From NCBI GenBank assembly GCA_903995005.1, contig CAJEZV010000001.1, forward strand, positions 11,309-75,308: a stretch of DNA of 64,000 nucleotides. Reading direction: 5' to 3'. Numbering within the stretch: the stretch's first letter is position 1; the number at the start of each line of letters is the position of its first letter. Origin of the DNA: an uncultured beta proteobacterium (GTDB taxonomy: Bacteria; Pseudomonadota; Gammaproteobacteria; Burkholderiales; Burkholderiaceae). The notes under the pieces are model-generated. The model saw only the letters and a list, made by a program, of their open reading frames with translations, made no database searches and was not told where the DNA came from. The translations under genes were made by a program, and so were the position numbers. Below are positions 1 through 11,451 of the stretch, piece by piece.

Positions 1-185
1 GCCTTTTTGGCATCAACTAAATCGGCAATTCGATCAATCACTGCTACTGGGTCTGCGTTATAGCCAATAAGATCGCCCAAAAAGACCATGCGGGTCACGC
101 CAAGCGCTTGAGCTTTGGCCATGCAGGCCTCGTAAGCCTCTAGGTTGCTATGAAGATCGGCAAATAGCCCAATGCGCTCAGTCAT
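1..185 (-). CDS. Metallophosphoesterase family protein (partial; runs off window start)
   Basis: Not in ORF track. Manual translation from ATG at 185: MTERIGLFADLHSNLEAYEACMAKAQALGVTRMVFLGDLIGYNADP..., carrying the DxHxN and GDxxGY motifs of calcineurin-like phosphoesterases. Confidence 0.85.
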   Translation of the reverse strand, partial: MTERIGLFADLHSNLEAYEACMAKAQALGVTRMVFLGDLIGYNADPVAVIDRIADLVDAKK

Positions 186-210
186 CCCTTAATGATAGGT
201 CAAAAGACCT

Positions 211-1110
211 TTAGATAGAAGGCTTATAGGGGTTGGCTTTATTGTTGGGGGGATTTTTAAAGCGTTTATGAACCCAGTAGTATTCGGCGGGACGAAGGCG
301 AATTTCTTTTTCAAAATATTGATTAAGGCGAGCGGTATCTATTTTGGGATCTGCTCCTGGGAAGTCTTCTAGGGGCTTGCTGATTTGGCAAAGGTAGCCA
401 GATTCATCGGCTTTTAAAGTTGTGGTCATTAAGCAAACCTCAGCCCCAGTAATTTTGGCCAGCCGTGAAACTGCTGTGATCGTATTGGTTTGAATGCCAA
501 AAAAAGGAACAAACTCGGAATCTTTTGTACCAAGATCTATATCAGGAGCAATGATGATGAAGTCGCCATTGCGAATCTCTCGAATAATTTGCTTGGAGTT
601 TCCCTGGCGATCAATAGAGTTTCCTCCAAAACGATTTCGCCATTCAATAATTTTTTGGTTAAAAAACGGGCTCTTCATTCTTTGAAAAAATCCAGAAGTT
701 CGAGGCCAACCATTTTGCTTTGCTAGGGCGCTCAAAATAATGCTACCTTCAATACCCGTGAAATGCATATTGACCAGAATTCGAGGTTTTTTGTTCGCGA
801 GATCGACAGCAGATTTAATCTCAATCATGTTGCTTAATTGATCTCTACTGCCCAACCAAATAATACTTTTCTCAACTAGGCTACGACCAAGTAGTCGCCA
901 GTGTTGTTGGCTGAGCTGATCAATTTCAGCTGCATTTAGCTGAGGGAAACATAAATGCAGATTTATTTTTACAGTCCGATTTCTATCGCCCGGTATACGT
1001 GCGGCAATATAACCCAAGCCATAACCGATAGACACTAAAAGCCAATAGGGCAATAAGGAAAGAAGCTTAAGAAAAGCTACAACTATGTGATTCGAAAAAG
1101 ATTTGAGCAA
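211..1110 (-). CDS. Lipid A biosynthesis late acyltransferase (LpxL/HtrB family)
   Basis: N-terminal TM segment, NLxLCFP, HX4E (HFTGIE), PD-x-[17 protein letters not shown]. Confidence 0.9.
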   Translation of the reverse strand: MLKSFSNHIVVAFLKLLSLLPYWLLVSIGYGLGYIAARIPGDRNRTVKINLHLCFPQLNAAEIDQLSQQHWRLLGRSLVEKSIIWLGSRDQLSNMIEIKSAVDLANKKPRILVNMHFTGIEGSIILSALAKQNGWPRTSGFFQRMKSPFFNQKIIEWRNRFGGNSIDRQGNSKQIIREIRNGDFIIIAPDIDLGTKDSEFVPFFGIQTNTITAVSRLAKITGAEVCLMTTTLKADESGYLCQISKPLEDFPGADPKIDTARLNQYFEKEIRLRPAEYYWVHKRFKNPPNNKANPYKPSI

Positions 1111-1117
1111 ATGAGAC

Positions 1118-1783
1118 TTACTCAGAGTCGTAACGCGTTAAGGTTTTTTTGTAGCGCATTCCCATTTCTTCAATCGAGCTACAAGACATCCCTAAATCCT
1201 TAACGATTCCGGTATCAAGACGATATGCCCATCCATGTACGGTGAGATCTTGGTTACGAGACCAGGCATCTTGAACAATCGTGGTCTCGCATACATTGAC
1301 AACCTGTTCAATAACATTAAGTTCACACAGACGATCTTGTCGCTTGGGGGTAGGCAACACTTCACCTAGATAACGCTCATGTTTTTGGTGAACATCTTTA
1401 ACGTGTCGCAACCAATTATCTGCAAGCCCAATGCGGCGATCGCTAAGCGCAGCATGTACGCCTGCGCAACCATAGTGCCCAACAACTAAAATATGTTTAA
1501 CTTTTAATAAGTCAATAGCAAACTGAATAACCGACAAACAATTTAAGTCGGTGTGCACCACAACGTTAGCCACATTGCGATGAACAAATAGTTCGCCTGG
1601 CAAAAGGTCAACAATTTCATTGGCTGGGACGCGACTATCGGCACATCCAATCCAGAGGTATTCTGGAGCTTGTTGACTCACTAAACGCTTAAAGAAATCA
1701 GGATCTTTAGCGATCATTCCTTCGGCCCAGTCGCGATTGTTTGCAAATAGGTGATCCAGCGTTTTAGAACTCTTCATAATCAT
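1118..1783 (-). CDS. can: Beta-class carbonic anhydrase
   Basis: CADSR and GHYGC zinc ligands; GELFVHRNVAN. Confidence 0.95.
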   Translation of the reverse strand: MIMKSSKTLDHLFANNRDWAEGMIAKDPDFFKRLVSQQAPEYLWIGCADSRVPANEIVDLLPGELFVHRNVANVVVHTDLNCLSVIQFAIDLLKVKHILVVGHYGCAGVHAALSDRRIGLADNWLRHVKDVHQKHERYLGEVLPTPKRQDRLCELNVIEQVVNVCETTIVQDAWSRNQDLTVHGWAYRLDTGIVKDLGMSCSSIEEMGMRYKKTLTRYDSE

Positions 1784-1805
1784 GGTTTAAGTTTAAAGTA
1801 CTTTA

Positions 1806-2102
1806 ATGACGCCTCATTGGTTAAAACAAACCCCTACTGGAATTGCCTTAAATCTATATTGCCAGCCGGGCGCAAAACTTACTAAAGTAGTGGGCTTGCA
1901 TAATGGCTGTCTAAAGATTTCCTTGCAAGCGCCCGCACAAGAAAATAAGGCAAATGAGCTTCTATTGGCCTGGCTTTCAAAGCAACTTAAAGTACCCCAA
2001 AAACAGATTCAGTTCGTTTCCGGGCAAAACAGTCGGCAGAAGCGAGTGGAGGTTTGGGGCTCCATTAGTCTTGAGCAAATTATTCAGGCTCTTGGGCCCT
2101 AA
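1806..2102 (+). CDS. DUF167/YggU family protein
   Basis: QPGAK...APAQENKAN...SGQNSRQK pattern typical of UPF0235; 98 aa. Confidence 0.9.
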   Translation: MTPHWLKQTPTGIALNLYCQPGAKLTKVVGLHNGCLKISLQAPAQENKANELLLAWLSKQLKVPQKQIQFVSGQNSRQKRVEVWGSISLEQIIQALGP

Positions 2103-2103
2103 A

Positions 2104-3006
2104 TTACCAAAAGATCGCCCACAAGATCCCCAGAATCAAGGCCCATTTACCAATGTAATAAATGCTTCGATATGAGGCCTTCAGCTTTTTGGCTTGTGCT
2201 CTGAGGTAATAGAAGTATTTAAATACCACATTCACAAAGCCAACTTTCTCGCCTTCAACGTTCTGAGATGCTGCCGCACTCATGACATAACGCCCAAACC
2301 AGCGATTAATCCATTGCACTGGTTTTGTATAAACCGGTCTTTCAACGTCGCAAAATAGGACAATGCGCTGATGATCAGTTTCATTGGCGGCGAAGTGAAT
2401 ATAGGTTTCGTCAAACATGACCGGTTCGCCATCTTTCCAAAAATAACGTTCTCCATCAACCTCAATAAAGCACTTAGGATCGTTTGGGGTTACTAAGCCA
2501 ATGTGATATCGCAGTGATCCTGCATATGGGTCGCGATGGCGGACTAGGGTTGCTCCAGGGGGTAAAGATGCAAACATCGCTGCTTTCACAGTAGGGATGG
2601 ATTTTAGGAGTGCAACTGTTTTAGGGCAGTTGGCTTGCGCGGAGGGTAGGTCTTTGCCATACCAATAGAGATGAAAGCGCTTCCACCCAGTTCGAAAAAA
2701 GGAATTAAAGCCAATATCGTTATAGCCGGTTGCTGCCGTAATAGCCCCATCCGCATTTAATGAAAGCGCTTCTTGGCGGATGATTTCCCAGTTATTCTGT
2801 AAGAGTTTCATTTCAGGAAATTGACTTACCGGGATAAAAGCACTCGCTTTTACCTTAGAGAATAAATATAAAAGCGTATTAATGGGTGCTAAAAGTACTT
2901 GATAGTCCATGAGCGATCTCAACACCCCAAAGCGTACTTTGCCTCTGAAATAAACATAAATAGCCGAGGCTATAAAAATAAAAAAGACAATGTGACGAAT
3001 TTGCAT
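2104..3006 (-). CDS. lpxO: Lipid A hydroxylase LpxO (Asp/Asn beta-hydroxylase family Fe/2OG dioxygenase)
   Basis: NDIGFNSFFRTGWKRF, HRDPYAGSLRYH (HxD), FDETYIH, TM segments at both ends. ATG at 3006 preferred over TTG at 3018. Confidence 0.9.
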   Translation of the reverse strand: MQIRHIVFFIFIASAIYVYFRGKVRFGVLRSLMDYQVLLAPINTLLYLFSKVKASAFIPVSQFPEMKLLQNNWEIIRQEALSLNADGAITAATGYNDIGFNSFFRTGWKRFHLYWYGKDLPSAQANCPKTVALLKSIPTVKAAMFASLPPGATLVRHRDPYAGSLRYHIGLVTPNDPKCFIEVDGERYFWKDGEPVMFDETYIHFAANETDHQRIVLFCDVERPVYTKPVQWINRWFGRYVMSAAASQNVEGEKVGFVNVVFKYFYYLRAQAKKLKASYRSIYYIGKWALILGILWAIFW

Positions 3007-3158
3007 GGAACTTGCCAAAGTGAGGTAACCCCTAACATTTTAATTTGTCTGCGAGCCCTTGTTTGACTATTTCTAATGTGGGGATGCTCATATACTCAGT
3101 AAAAGTAGGTTCAGACACCCAACTAGGGTTTATGTGGGGATTAATTGAGGAAGATCGT

Positions 3159-3524
3159 ATGAATGGGTTTATAAAGTGGCTTTTAAGCCTTGTTTTAATT
3201 GGGTTAGTGGGTATTTCGGCATATACTTGGGCAATGCTCACTTGGAGCTATGGAAATGGCGAGCGCGCTGGATATATCCAGAAATTCTCTAATCGCGGCT
3301 ATATTTGTAAAACTTGGGAGGGCGAGTTGGCTATGGTTTCAATGCCCGGAACCATGTCAGAAAAATTCCTCTTTACGGTGCGTGAGGATGGTGTGGCACA
3401 AAAAATAAATGCTAATTTAGGCAAAAAAGTAGCCCTAAAATACGAACAGCACATTGGTTTGCCAACAAACTGTTTTGGAGATACGGAATATTTTGTTTCC
3501 GATATAGTCGTTTTGGAAGACTAA
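3159..3524 (+). CDS. Conserved membrane-anchored hypothetical protein (YxxGERAG...KTWEGEL family)
   Basis: ATG at 3159 follows a GAGGAAG RBS; one N-terminal TM helix, then a beta-rich domain. Confidence 0.75.
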   Translation: MNGFIKWLLSLVLIGLVGISAYTWAMLTWSYGNGERAGYIQKFSNRGYICKTWEGELAMVSMPGTMSEKFLFTVREDGVAQKINANLGKKVALKYEQHIGLPTNCFGDTEYFVSDIVVLED

Positions 3525-3637
3525 TTTGTAGTGGAATTAAAAAATTGCTGTAACGCTGCTTTATTTTTGTAATTTTTTGTGGTTAAAATCATATAAGCGT
3601 AATGTGCGCTGACATCAATATCTATAAGGAGCTTCAC

Positions 3638-3922
3638 TTGAACAAAGCCGAACTAATCGCAGCGATTGCTGACGACGCGGAGATTTCTAAAGCCAAAGCA
3701 GAATTCGCATTGAATTCTGCAATCGATACAATCATTAAGGCTGTTACCAAAGGCGACTCAGTACAACTGATCGGTTTCGGTACATTCGCATCTGGCAAGC
3801 GTGCTGCACGCATGGGCCGCAATCCAAAAACTGGCGAGCCACTCAAAATTGCTGCTGCTAAAACTGTTAAGTTTTCTGCTGGTAAAGCATTTAAAGATTC
3901 AGTTAACAAGCGTAAGAAGTAA
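3638..3922 (+). CDS. hup: HU family DNA-binding protein
   Basis: MNKAELI...GFGTF...GRNPKTGE...FSAGKAFKD; TTG start at 3638 after AAGGAG RBS. Confidence 0.95.
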   Translation: MNKAELIAAIADDAEISKAKAEFALNSAIDTIIKAVTKGDSVQLIGFGTFASGKRAARMGRNPKTGEPLKIAAAKTVKFSAGKAFKDSVNKRKK

Positions 3923-3935
3923 TTCTTCCTTTGTT

Positions 3936-3969
3936 AATAAAAAAGCCCGGGATGCCGGGCTTTTTTATT
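3936..3969. terminator. Bidirectional intrinsic terminator between hup and rodA
   Basis: AATAAAAAAGCCCGG-GATG-CCGGGCTTTTTTATT: perfect stem with A and T tails, between convergent genes. Confidence 0.9.
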
Positions 3970-4008
3970 TCCTAAGATACAAAAAGAATCACGCCTTCTA
4001 TTGATGAG

Positions 4009-5160
4009 TTAACTTTGCACCAGGCGACGATGCCGATGAATACTCATCAATATGCCCGCACCAAATCCAAGGGTAACCAAAGCGGTACCACCATAACTAA
4101 TAAATGGCAGAGGAACTCCAACAACCGGAAGTAGGCCGCTGACCATGCCAATATTCACAAATGAATAAGTAAAGAAAATGAGTGTTACTGCTGCACCTAA
4201 CAAGCGTGTAAATAGGTTTGGCGCACTCGCTGAGATTGCCAAACCTCTCTTAATAAGGGCAAAGAAAAGCCCAATCAATATCAGATTACCAAGCAAGCCA
4301 AACTCTTCTGAAAAGACTGCAAATACAAAGTCAGTATGCTTTTCTGGAATGAATTCCAAATGCGCTTGTGTTCCCTGAAACCAACCCTTGCCAAAAAATC
4401 CGCCTGAGCCAATAGCAATCATGGATTGAATCGTATGAAAACCTTTTCCAAGCGGATCGTTACTGGGGTCTAGCAAAGTACAAACGCGATGTTTTTGATA
4501 GTTGTGTACAAACGGCCACGCAACATCGTGTGCGCAAATTGTGCTGCCAAAAATAATGATCAGCAGAATGCCTACAACACCAATCCCCACAAAAGGCAAA
4601 ATCCACTTCCATGGTAGCCCCGCCAAAATAATCACATATAAGCCAGCTGCAAATACTAAAAGGGCCGTACCTAAGTCGGGTTGACGTGCAATCAGAAAAA
4701 CCGGAATCACTAGAATGATTCCTGCTACCACGTAGTCCCAACCTTTCTGAATCCCCTCACGCTTTTGAAAGTACCACGCCAACATGAGCGGCATTGCAAT
4801 CTTCATAAGCTCGGAGGGCTGAATAACGATGCCAATATTTAGCCAACGACGTGCACCTTTTTTGATTAAGCCAAATACAGCCACTGCAATCAGTAATGCA
4901 ATACCAAATCCATAAACCCAAACAGCGCCCGTCTCTAACCATTTCGGTGGTATGCGAGAAACAATCCACATCACTAAGAATGACAGTGCAAGATTACGTA
5001 ACTCATCAGCGATTTGGACAGGCGTATTTTGACTTGCAGATAAAAAAGTAAAAAATCCGATTGCCGCTAATCCAAGTAGAATAAGGCCTAGCTGGCGATC
5101 TAGTCCAGAAAAGATACCAAAGAAAAAACTTTTAATTTTGATTAAGGGGCTCTTTTCCAT
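4009..5160 (-). CDS. rodA: Rod shape-determining protein RodA (SEDS glycosyltransferase)
   Basis: GARRW, QPSE, QPDLGT, PEKHTDF, LPFISYGG; directly downstream of mrdA. Confidence 0.97.
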   Translation of the reverse strand: MEKSPLIKIKSFFFGIFSGLDRQLGLILLGLAAIGFFTFLSASQNTPVQIADELRNLALSFLVMWIVSRIPPKWLETGAVWVYGFGIALLIAVAVFGLIKKGARRWLNIGIVIQPSELMKIAMPLMLAWYFQKREGIQKGWDYVVAGIILVIPVFLIARQPDLGTALLVFAAGLYVIILAGLPWKWILPFVGIGVVGILLIIIFGSTICAHDVAWPFVHNYQKHRVCTLLDPSNDPLGKGFHTIQSMIAIGSGGFFGKGWFQGTQAHLEFIPEKHTDFVFAVFSEEFGLLGNLILIGLFFALIKRGLAISASAPNLFTRLLGAAVTLIFFTYSFVNIGMVSGLLPVVGVPLPFISYGGTALVTLGFGAGILMSIHRHRRLVQS

Positions 5161-7049
5161 TCAGGAATCTCCTTAGGCCACTTGCCCTCAATGTAGTAGT
5201 CCAATGCTCTTCGTGCAATTGGCGCTGCATGTTGAGCGCCAAAGCCTGCATTTTCAACCACCATTGCAATCACGATGGTGGGTTTGTCTGCAGGAGCAAA
5301 TGCAATATATAAAGCATGATCTCGTAAAAACTCGGCTGTAGAGCTGTGTTTATATTCTTTCGAATTCAAGCTAAAGACTTGGGCGGTACCAGTCTTACCC
5401 CCAGCAACGTATCCCGCACCCTTAAAAGCTGCTGTAGATGTTCCAGATACATTTACCTCAACCATTGCTTTTTTGATGAACTCAATATTTTCTGGTTTCA
5501 GGTCAATGCGATAGCTTTCTTTTGGCGTAGTTAGCACTCTATTGCGAGTAAAGGGATCTTCAATTGCTTTTACCAAGTGGGGCTTCATCACAATACCGTT
5601 ATTCGCTATGTTTGCCATTCCGTGTGCCAATTGCAAAATGGTGAAAGCGTTATAACCTTGGCCAATGCCCAATGAAATCGTTTCGCCTTCGTACCATTTT
5701 TGCTGCTCAGGTTTCTTGAAGGTATTTTTCTTCCATTCTGTTGACGGTAGTACGCCTCTGGATTCACCTTGTAAATCAATGCCCGTGATTTGTCCAAAGC
5801 CAAAAGGCTTCATAAAGTCATGCATCATGTTGACGCCCATATCGCGAGCAAGCAGGTAGTAATACGTGTCACAAGAGTCAACGATTGACTTTTGCATGTC
5901 AACAATACCGTGACCACCTTTTTTGTCATCCCGGAAGGTGTGATTACCAAACTCAAAATAACCTGGATCAGAAATTGTTTGAGAAGGTGTACGCTTTTGC
6001 TGCTCTAAAGCAGCAAGCGCCATAAAAGGTTTATAGGTTGATCCCGGCGGATAAATGCCTTTGAGCGGTCTGTTATAGAGTGGCTTTTGCGGCGACTCAT
6101 TCAATTCTTTCCACGTCACTGAATCAATGCCTTCAACAAAGTCATTTGGGTTGAAGTTGGGTTTCGATACGAATGCCAAGATGTCACCAGTCTCTGGCTC
6201 GATCGCAACAAATGCCCCGCGAAAATTACCATAGAGTTGCTCAACTAGATATTGCAATTTGATATCAACAGAGAGCACTACATTTTTGCCGGGGACGGAA
6301 GGTGAACTAGAGAGAGTGCGTACAGGTTTTCCACCGGCAGTAATTTCTACTTGATCGTAGCCTGGTACACCGCGCAATACACTTTCATAACTTTGCTCTA
6401 AACCAATCTTGCCAACGTATTGAATACCAGGCAAAAAAGAGGCTTGTAAAGCATCGGGATCATTACCATTGGCGCCCTCGATTTCAGTCTGCATGCGCTC
6501 CTTATCCTTTTGGGAAACGCGACCAATGTAGCCAATCAGATGGGAGGCTAGCTCGTTATAGGGATACTCCCGAAAGCTTCTGGCGCGGATTTCTACCCCA
6601 GGAAACCGGTAGCGATTAGCCATAAAACGGGCTGTTTCGGCCTCATTGAGCATCGAGCGCAAGGGAAACGTACCCATATTTCTGGAATCCTCTAGGGAGC
6701 GCTTGAAATTGCGGCGATCTCTGGGTGAAATATCAATAATCTCGGAAAGTTCATTGATGAGCTGATCAACATTGCCTTTCACTTCTTCGGCATTTACATC
6801 TAGGGTGAGTGCAGAGTAGTTTCGGCCAATCACGATGCCATTGCGGTCAATCAGAAGACCGCGATTTGCTGGTGCCGCGACTAGCGCTATGCGATTGCTT
6901 TCTGCGAGTAGGGCATATTTGCCATGACTAACAAGTTGAAGCCACACTAATCGAGTCACTAAAAGCAAGAAACAAAAAGTGACGAACAAGGTCGCAATAT
7001 GAATGCGCTCTTGAAATGAGTCGAGGTCAGGCTTTTTAAAAGAAACCAT
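5142..7049 (-). CDS. mrdA: Penicillin-binding protein 2
   Basis: STYK (SxxK), SCD, KTGT motifs; located in mre operon. Confidence 0.97.
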   Translation of the reverse strand: MVSFKKPDLDSFQERIHIATLFVTFCFLLLVTRLVWLQLVSHGKYALLAESNRIALVAAPANRGLLIDRNGIVIGRNYSALTLDVNAEEVKGNVDQLINELSEIIDISPRDRRNFKRSLEDSRNMGTFPLRSMLNEAETARFMANRYRFPGVEIRARSFREYPYNELASHLIGYIGRVSQKDKERMQTEIEGANGNDPDALQASFLPGIQYVGKIGLEQSYESVLRGVPGYDQVEITAGGKPVRTLSSSPSVPGKNVVLSVDIKLQYLVEQLYGNFRGAFVAIEPETGDILAFVSKPNFNPNDFVEGIDSVTWKELNESPQKPLYNRPLKGIYPPGSTYKPFMALAALEQQKRTPSQTISDPGYFEFGNHTFRDDKKGGHGIVDMQKSIVDSCDTYYYLLARDMGVNMMHDFMKPFGFGQITGIDLQGESRGVLPSTEWKKNTFKKPEQQKWYEGETISLGIGQGYNAFTILQLAHGMANIANNGIVMKPHLVKAIEDPFTRNRVLTTPKESYRIDLKPENIEFIKKAMVEVNVSGTSTAAFKGAGYVAGGKTGTAQVFSLNSKEYKHSSTAEFLRDHALYIAFAPADKPTIVIAMVVENAGFGAQHAAPIARRALDYYIEGKWPKEIPEWKRAP

Positions 7050-7057
7050 ACAGCTTC

Positions 7058-7582
7058 TTAGAGTGGGCGATTGTGATCGACGTCAATTGGGCGACGTTGA
7101 GGCGCCAACAATACGCGAGTTGCCAGTGGCCAAAGCATTGCCTCAATAACTGCTTGAATAGCACCGGTTAGCGCCCACCAATAAAGTTCCCCGCTGAGTA
7201 GCCAATGAACTAGGACTGGAAATAAAGATACAAGCAAAAAGATCGGCAAGAGGTGCAAGGCTTGAGATAGAACGGTAAGCGCCACAATGCGTCGGTGCCA
7301 AGAGATTGCTAGGTATGCCATCAGTGAATAGCTAAATGCGTGTAGACCCAAAAGATCAGAGTTATGTACGTCCATCATGAGCCCGAGTATGAAAGCCCAG
7401 ATGACACTCACGTAGCGATGCTGATGAATATTCCAAAACACAATGCAAAGAATCAACCAGTCTGGTACCCAGCCATAGTTTCCGATTGGCAAGAGATTTA
7501 ATAACAGCGCACAAAACAAACTGAAATAAATGAAGGCCGGATTTACCGGACGCAATATGTAGCCGCTTTGGAAATCAATCAT
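7058..7582 (-). CDS. mreD: Rod shape-determining protein MreD
   Basis: Hydrophobic 174 aa with PDW...FW and GLMMD; between mreC and mrdA. Confidence 0.93.
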   Translation of the reverse strand: MIDFQSGYILRPVNPAFIYFSLFCALLLNLLPIGNYGWVPDWLILCIVFWNIHQHRYVSVIWAFILGLMMDVHNSDLLGLHAFSYSLMAYLAISWHRRIVALTVLSQALHLLPIFLLVSLFPVLVHWLLSGELYWWALTGAIQAVIEAMLWPLATRVLLAPQRRPIDVDHNRPL

Positions 7583-8514
7583 TGCATTCCTCGCGCGCGA
7601 GTTTGGCGTCTACCAGGCGTATTTGTTAAAGGTGTGCCATTACTTGATTTGTTAGTAATTGTTGGTGCCTTCGCATCAAACTGTGGATCGTATAAAAAAG
7701 CCAAGGCTTGGCGATAGCGATTTACTGCTGCCACCGGCACGCAAAATACATTGGAAGAATTCTTATCGGCGTTGCGCTCAATTTTGCTAATGACCGCAAC
7801 TGCAAATCCTGGTGGGTATACCCCATCAATGCCGGAGGTAATTAAAATATCGCCAACCTCTAAATCGCTAGCTACTGGTAAATAGCGCAGCTCCAGAGGG
7901 TTGCCTCGTCCTGCTCCAAAAACGGCAGCACGCAAGCCATTACGGGCAACCTGGACCGGAACCGCAAAGTCACGATCCTCCAGTAGGGAAACCTCAGCAG
8001 AGCGTTCATATAGGCGGACAACTTGGCCCAATATCCCAGAATCATTAGCGATTGGATTGCCCAGCTTGAGGCCATCATTACTACCGCGATTAATCACAAT
8101 ACGCTGTGAAATCGGATTGGGAGGATTAAAGAGAATCTCGACAGGCAGTGTTTTGAAGGGCACCTGTTTTTGCAGCGCCATCAAATCACGCAAATTTTGA
8201 TTCTCCACCATCAAAAATTCGGACTGATTTGCTAGCAAGGAGAGCTCTGCTTGCCGAATCTTCATGGTTTGGTTTTCTTGATCAAGCGTGGACCGAGCCG
8301 TGAAATATTCCGATCCTGCTTCAAAAATATTACGTGGCGCTATCATGACATATTCAAGAGGACGCAAAACCCAATTGATGTTGTTGCGAATTGGATCGAG
8401 TGCTTTAAAACGAAAATCGATCAGCATCAGAGCGATGCTGATCGACAGACAGACAATCAGTTTGAGTAAGGCCGGAATGCCCTGTCTGAAAAGTGGTGGA
8501 GCGCTATGTTGCAA
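7579..8514 (-). CDS. mreC: Rod shape-determining protein MreC
   Basis: TM segment, coiled coil (ENQNLRDL), TSGIDGVYPPG; TTG start. Confidence 0.95.
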   Translation of the reverse strand: MQHSAPPLFRQGIPALLKLIVCLSISIALMLIDFRFKALDPIRNNINWVLRPLEYVMIAPRNIFEAGSEYFTARSTLDQENQTMKIRQAELSLLANQSEFLMVENQNLRDLMALQKQVPFKTLPVEILFNPPNPISQRIVINRGSNDGLKLGNPIANDSGILGQVVRLYERSAEVSLLEDRDFAVPVQVARNGLRAAVFGAGRGNPLELRYLPVASDLEVGDILITSGIDGVYPPGFAVAVISKIERNADKNSSNVFCVPVAAVNRYRQALAFLYDPQFDAKAPTITNKSSNGTPLTNTPGRRQTRARGMQ

Positions 8515-8538
8515 TTCCCTGATCGACGTGTATGTCGC

Positions 8539-9606
<1,068 letters not shown>

Positions 9607-9643
9607 TTAATAAAAATATATAGGAATGATACTCTAGCACCCC

Positions 9644-9937
9644 ATGAATCTTGATGATGTCCAGCGCATTGCGCACCTTTCTAGACTTGAGTTAAATCAG
9701 GCAGAAGCCGAGGCTGTTTTGCCTCAATTACAGGCTATTTTTTCTCTGGTTGAGGAAATGCAGGCTGTTGATACCACTGGGTTAGAGCCACTTGCTCACC
9801 CTATCCTATTTCTACGTGATTTGGCTCAGCCCATGCGCGTTGACCAAGTGAGTGAGTCCGATCACCGCGCTGAGAACATGCAGTCTGCTCCAGCTCAACA
9901 GGATGGTTACTTCCTGGTGCCGAAGGTGATTGAATGA
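9644..9937 (+). CDS. gatC: Asp/Glu-tRNA amidotransferase subunit C
   Basis: IAHLSRL...FLVPKVIE; first gene of gatCAB. Confidence 0.95.
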   Translation: MNLDDVQRIAHLSRLELNQAEAEAVLPQLQAIFSLVEEMQAVDTTGLEPLAHPILFLRDLAQPMRVDQVSESDHRAENMQSAPAQQDGYFLVPKVIE

Positions 9938-11451
9938 GTTGGCATAACGCTCCCATCACGCTTATGGCAAAAGCCCTAGCCTCTAAGGAGGTCTCTAGCG
10001 CTGAGTTAACCCAGTACTTTTTAGACCGTATTGAGGCTGGAAAGCAGTGGAATGCGTATCTTGATGTGAATGCTCACTTAAGCTTAGAGCAAGCATCTAT
10101 AGCAGATAAATTAATTTCCGCTGGTAAAGCTGGCAAATTGACCGGCATTCCAGTTGCCCATAAGGACGTCTTCGTTACCCGCGGTTGGAAGTCGACTGCT
10201 GCCTCCAAAATCTTGGCTGGATATCAGAGTCCTTTCGATGCAACGGTTGTCTCCAATTTGGGAATTCCAGATGAAAACAATCCCCATGGTGCTGGCATGG
10301 TCTGCCTCGGTAAGACCAATATGGATGAATTTGCCATGGGTTCTTCCAATGAAAACTCCGCCTATGGCCCAGTTTTAAATCCTTGGAATGCCGCCTATGT
10401 GGCTGGCGGCTCTTCTGGCGGTTCTGCTGCTGCAGTTGCTGCCGGCTTAGCCCCGATTGCCACCGGCACTGATACTGGCGGCTCAATTCGCCAGCCAGCG
10501 GCATTTTGTGGCCTAACCGGAATTAAGCCCAGTTATGGACGCGTATCGCGTTACGGCATGATCGCTTACGCCTCCTCGCTTGATCAAGCTGGCCCCATGG
10601 GTAAATCAGCAGAGGACTGCGCTTTAGTTCTCTCCGCAATGTCATCACATGATCAGCGTGACTCAACTTCTCTTGCGGACTCCGGTGAGGACTATGGCCG
10701 CTATCTCAATCAGAGTTGGCAAGAAGGCGGCAAAAATCCCGCTAAACCATTAGAGGGATTGCGTATTGGTTTGCCTAAAGAATTTTTTGCTGACGGTTTA
10801 GCAAGTGATGTTGCTAAGTCGGTCAATGAAGCAGCAAAGACTTTAGAAGGATTAGGTGCGCGGTTGGTTGAAGTGAGCTTACCTAAAACCAAGTTATCTA
10901 TTCCGGTCTATTACGTATTGGCGCCAGCGGAAGCCTCGAGCAACTTGAGTCGCTTTGATGGTGTACGTTATGGCCATCGTGCTAGTGAGTACAAAGATTT
11001 GGGCGACATGTATCAGAAGTCGCGCACTGAAGGTTTTGGCGCTGAAGTAAGGCGTCGTATTTTGATTGGCACCTATGTCTTGTGTCACGGCTACTACGAT
11101 GCTTACTATTTGCAGGCACAAAAAATTCGCCGCATTATTGCAGCGGATTTTCAAGCGGCCTTTAAAGAGTGTGACGTCATTCTAGGGCCTGTTGCCCCTG
11201 ATGTGGCATGGCGTTTAGGGGAGAAGTCAGAAGACCCGGTACAAATGTATTTGGAAGATATTTATACACTTTCAACTAATCTAGCAGGCTTGCCAGCAAT
11301 GAGCACACCCTGTGGATTTAATGCAAATAATTTACCAATCGGTATGCAACTAATCGGTAATTACTTTTCTGAGGCGCGCTTATTACAAGTAGCACATCAA
11401 TATCAGCAAGCCACCGATTGGCATTTGCGACAAGCTAGTGGGGTGGCATGA
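9934..11451 (+). CDS. gatA: Asp/Glu-tRNA amidotransferase subunit A
   Basis: Amidase signature [33 protein letters not shown]. Confidence 0.97.
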   Translation: MSWHNAPITLMAKALASKEVSSAELTQYFLDRIEAGKQWNAYLDVNAHLSLEQASIADKLISAGKAGKLTGIPVAHKDVFVTRGWKSTAASKILAGYQSPFDATVVSNLGIPDENNPHGAGMVCLGKTNMDEFAMGSSNENSAYGPVLNPWNAAYVAGGSSGGSAAAVAAGLAPIATGTDTGGSIRQPAAFCGLTGIKPSYGRVSRYGMIAYASSLDQAGPMGKSAEDCALVLSAMSSHDQRDSTSLADSGEDYGRYLNQSWQEGGKNPAKPLEGLRIGLPKEFFADGLASDVAKSVNEAAKTLEGLGARLVEVSLPKTKLSIPVYYVLAPAEASSNLSRFDGVRYGHRASEYKDLGDMYQKSRTEGFGAEVRRRILIGTYVLCHGYYDAYYLQAQKIRRIIAADFQAAFKECDVILGPVAPDVAWRLGEKSEDPVQMYLEDIYTLSTNLAGLPAMSTPCGFNANNLPIGMQLIGNYFSEARLLQVAHQYQQATDWHLRQASGVA

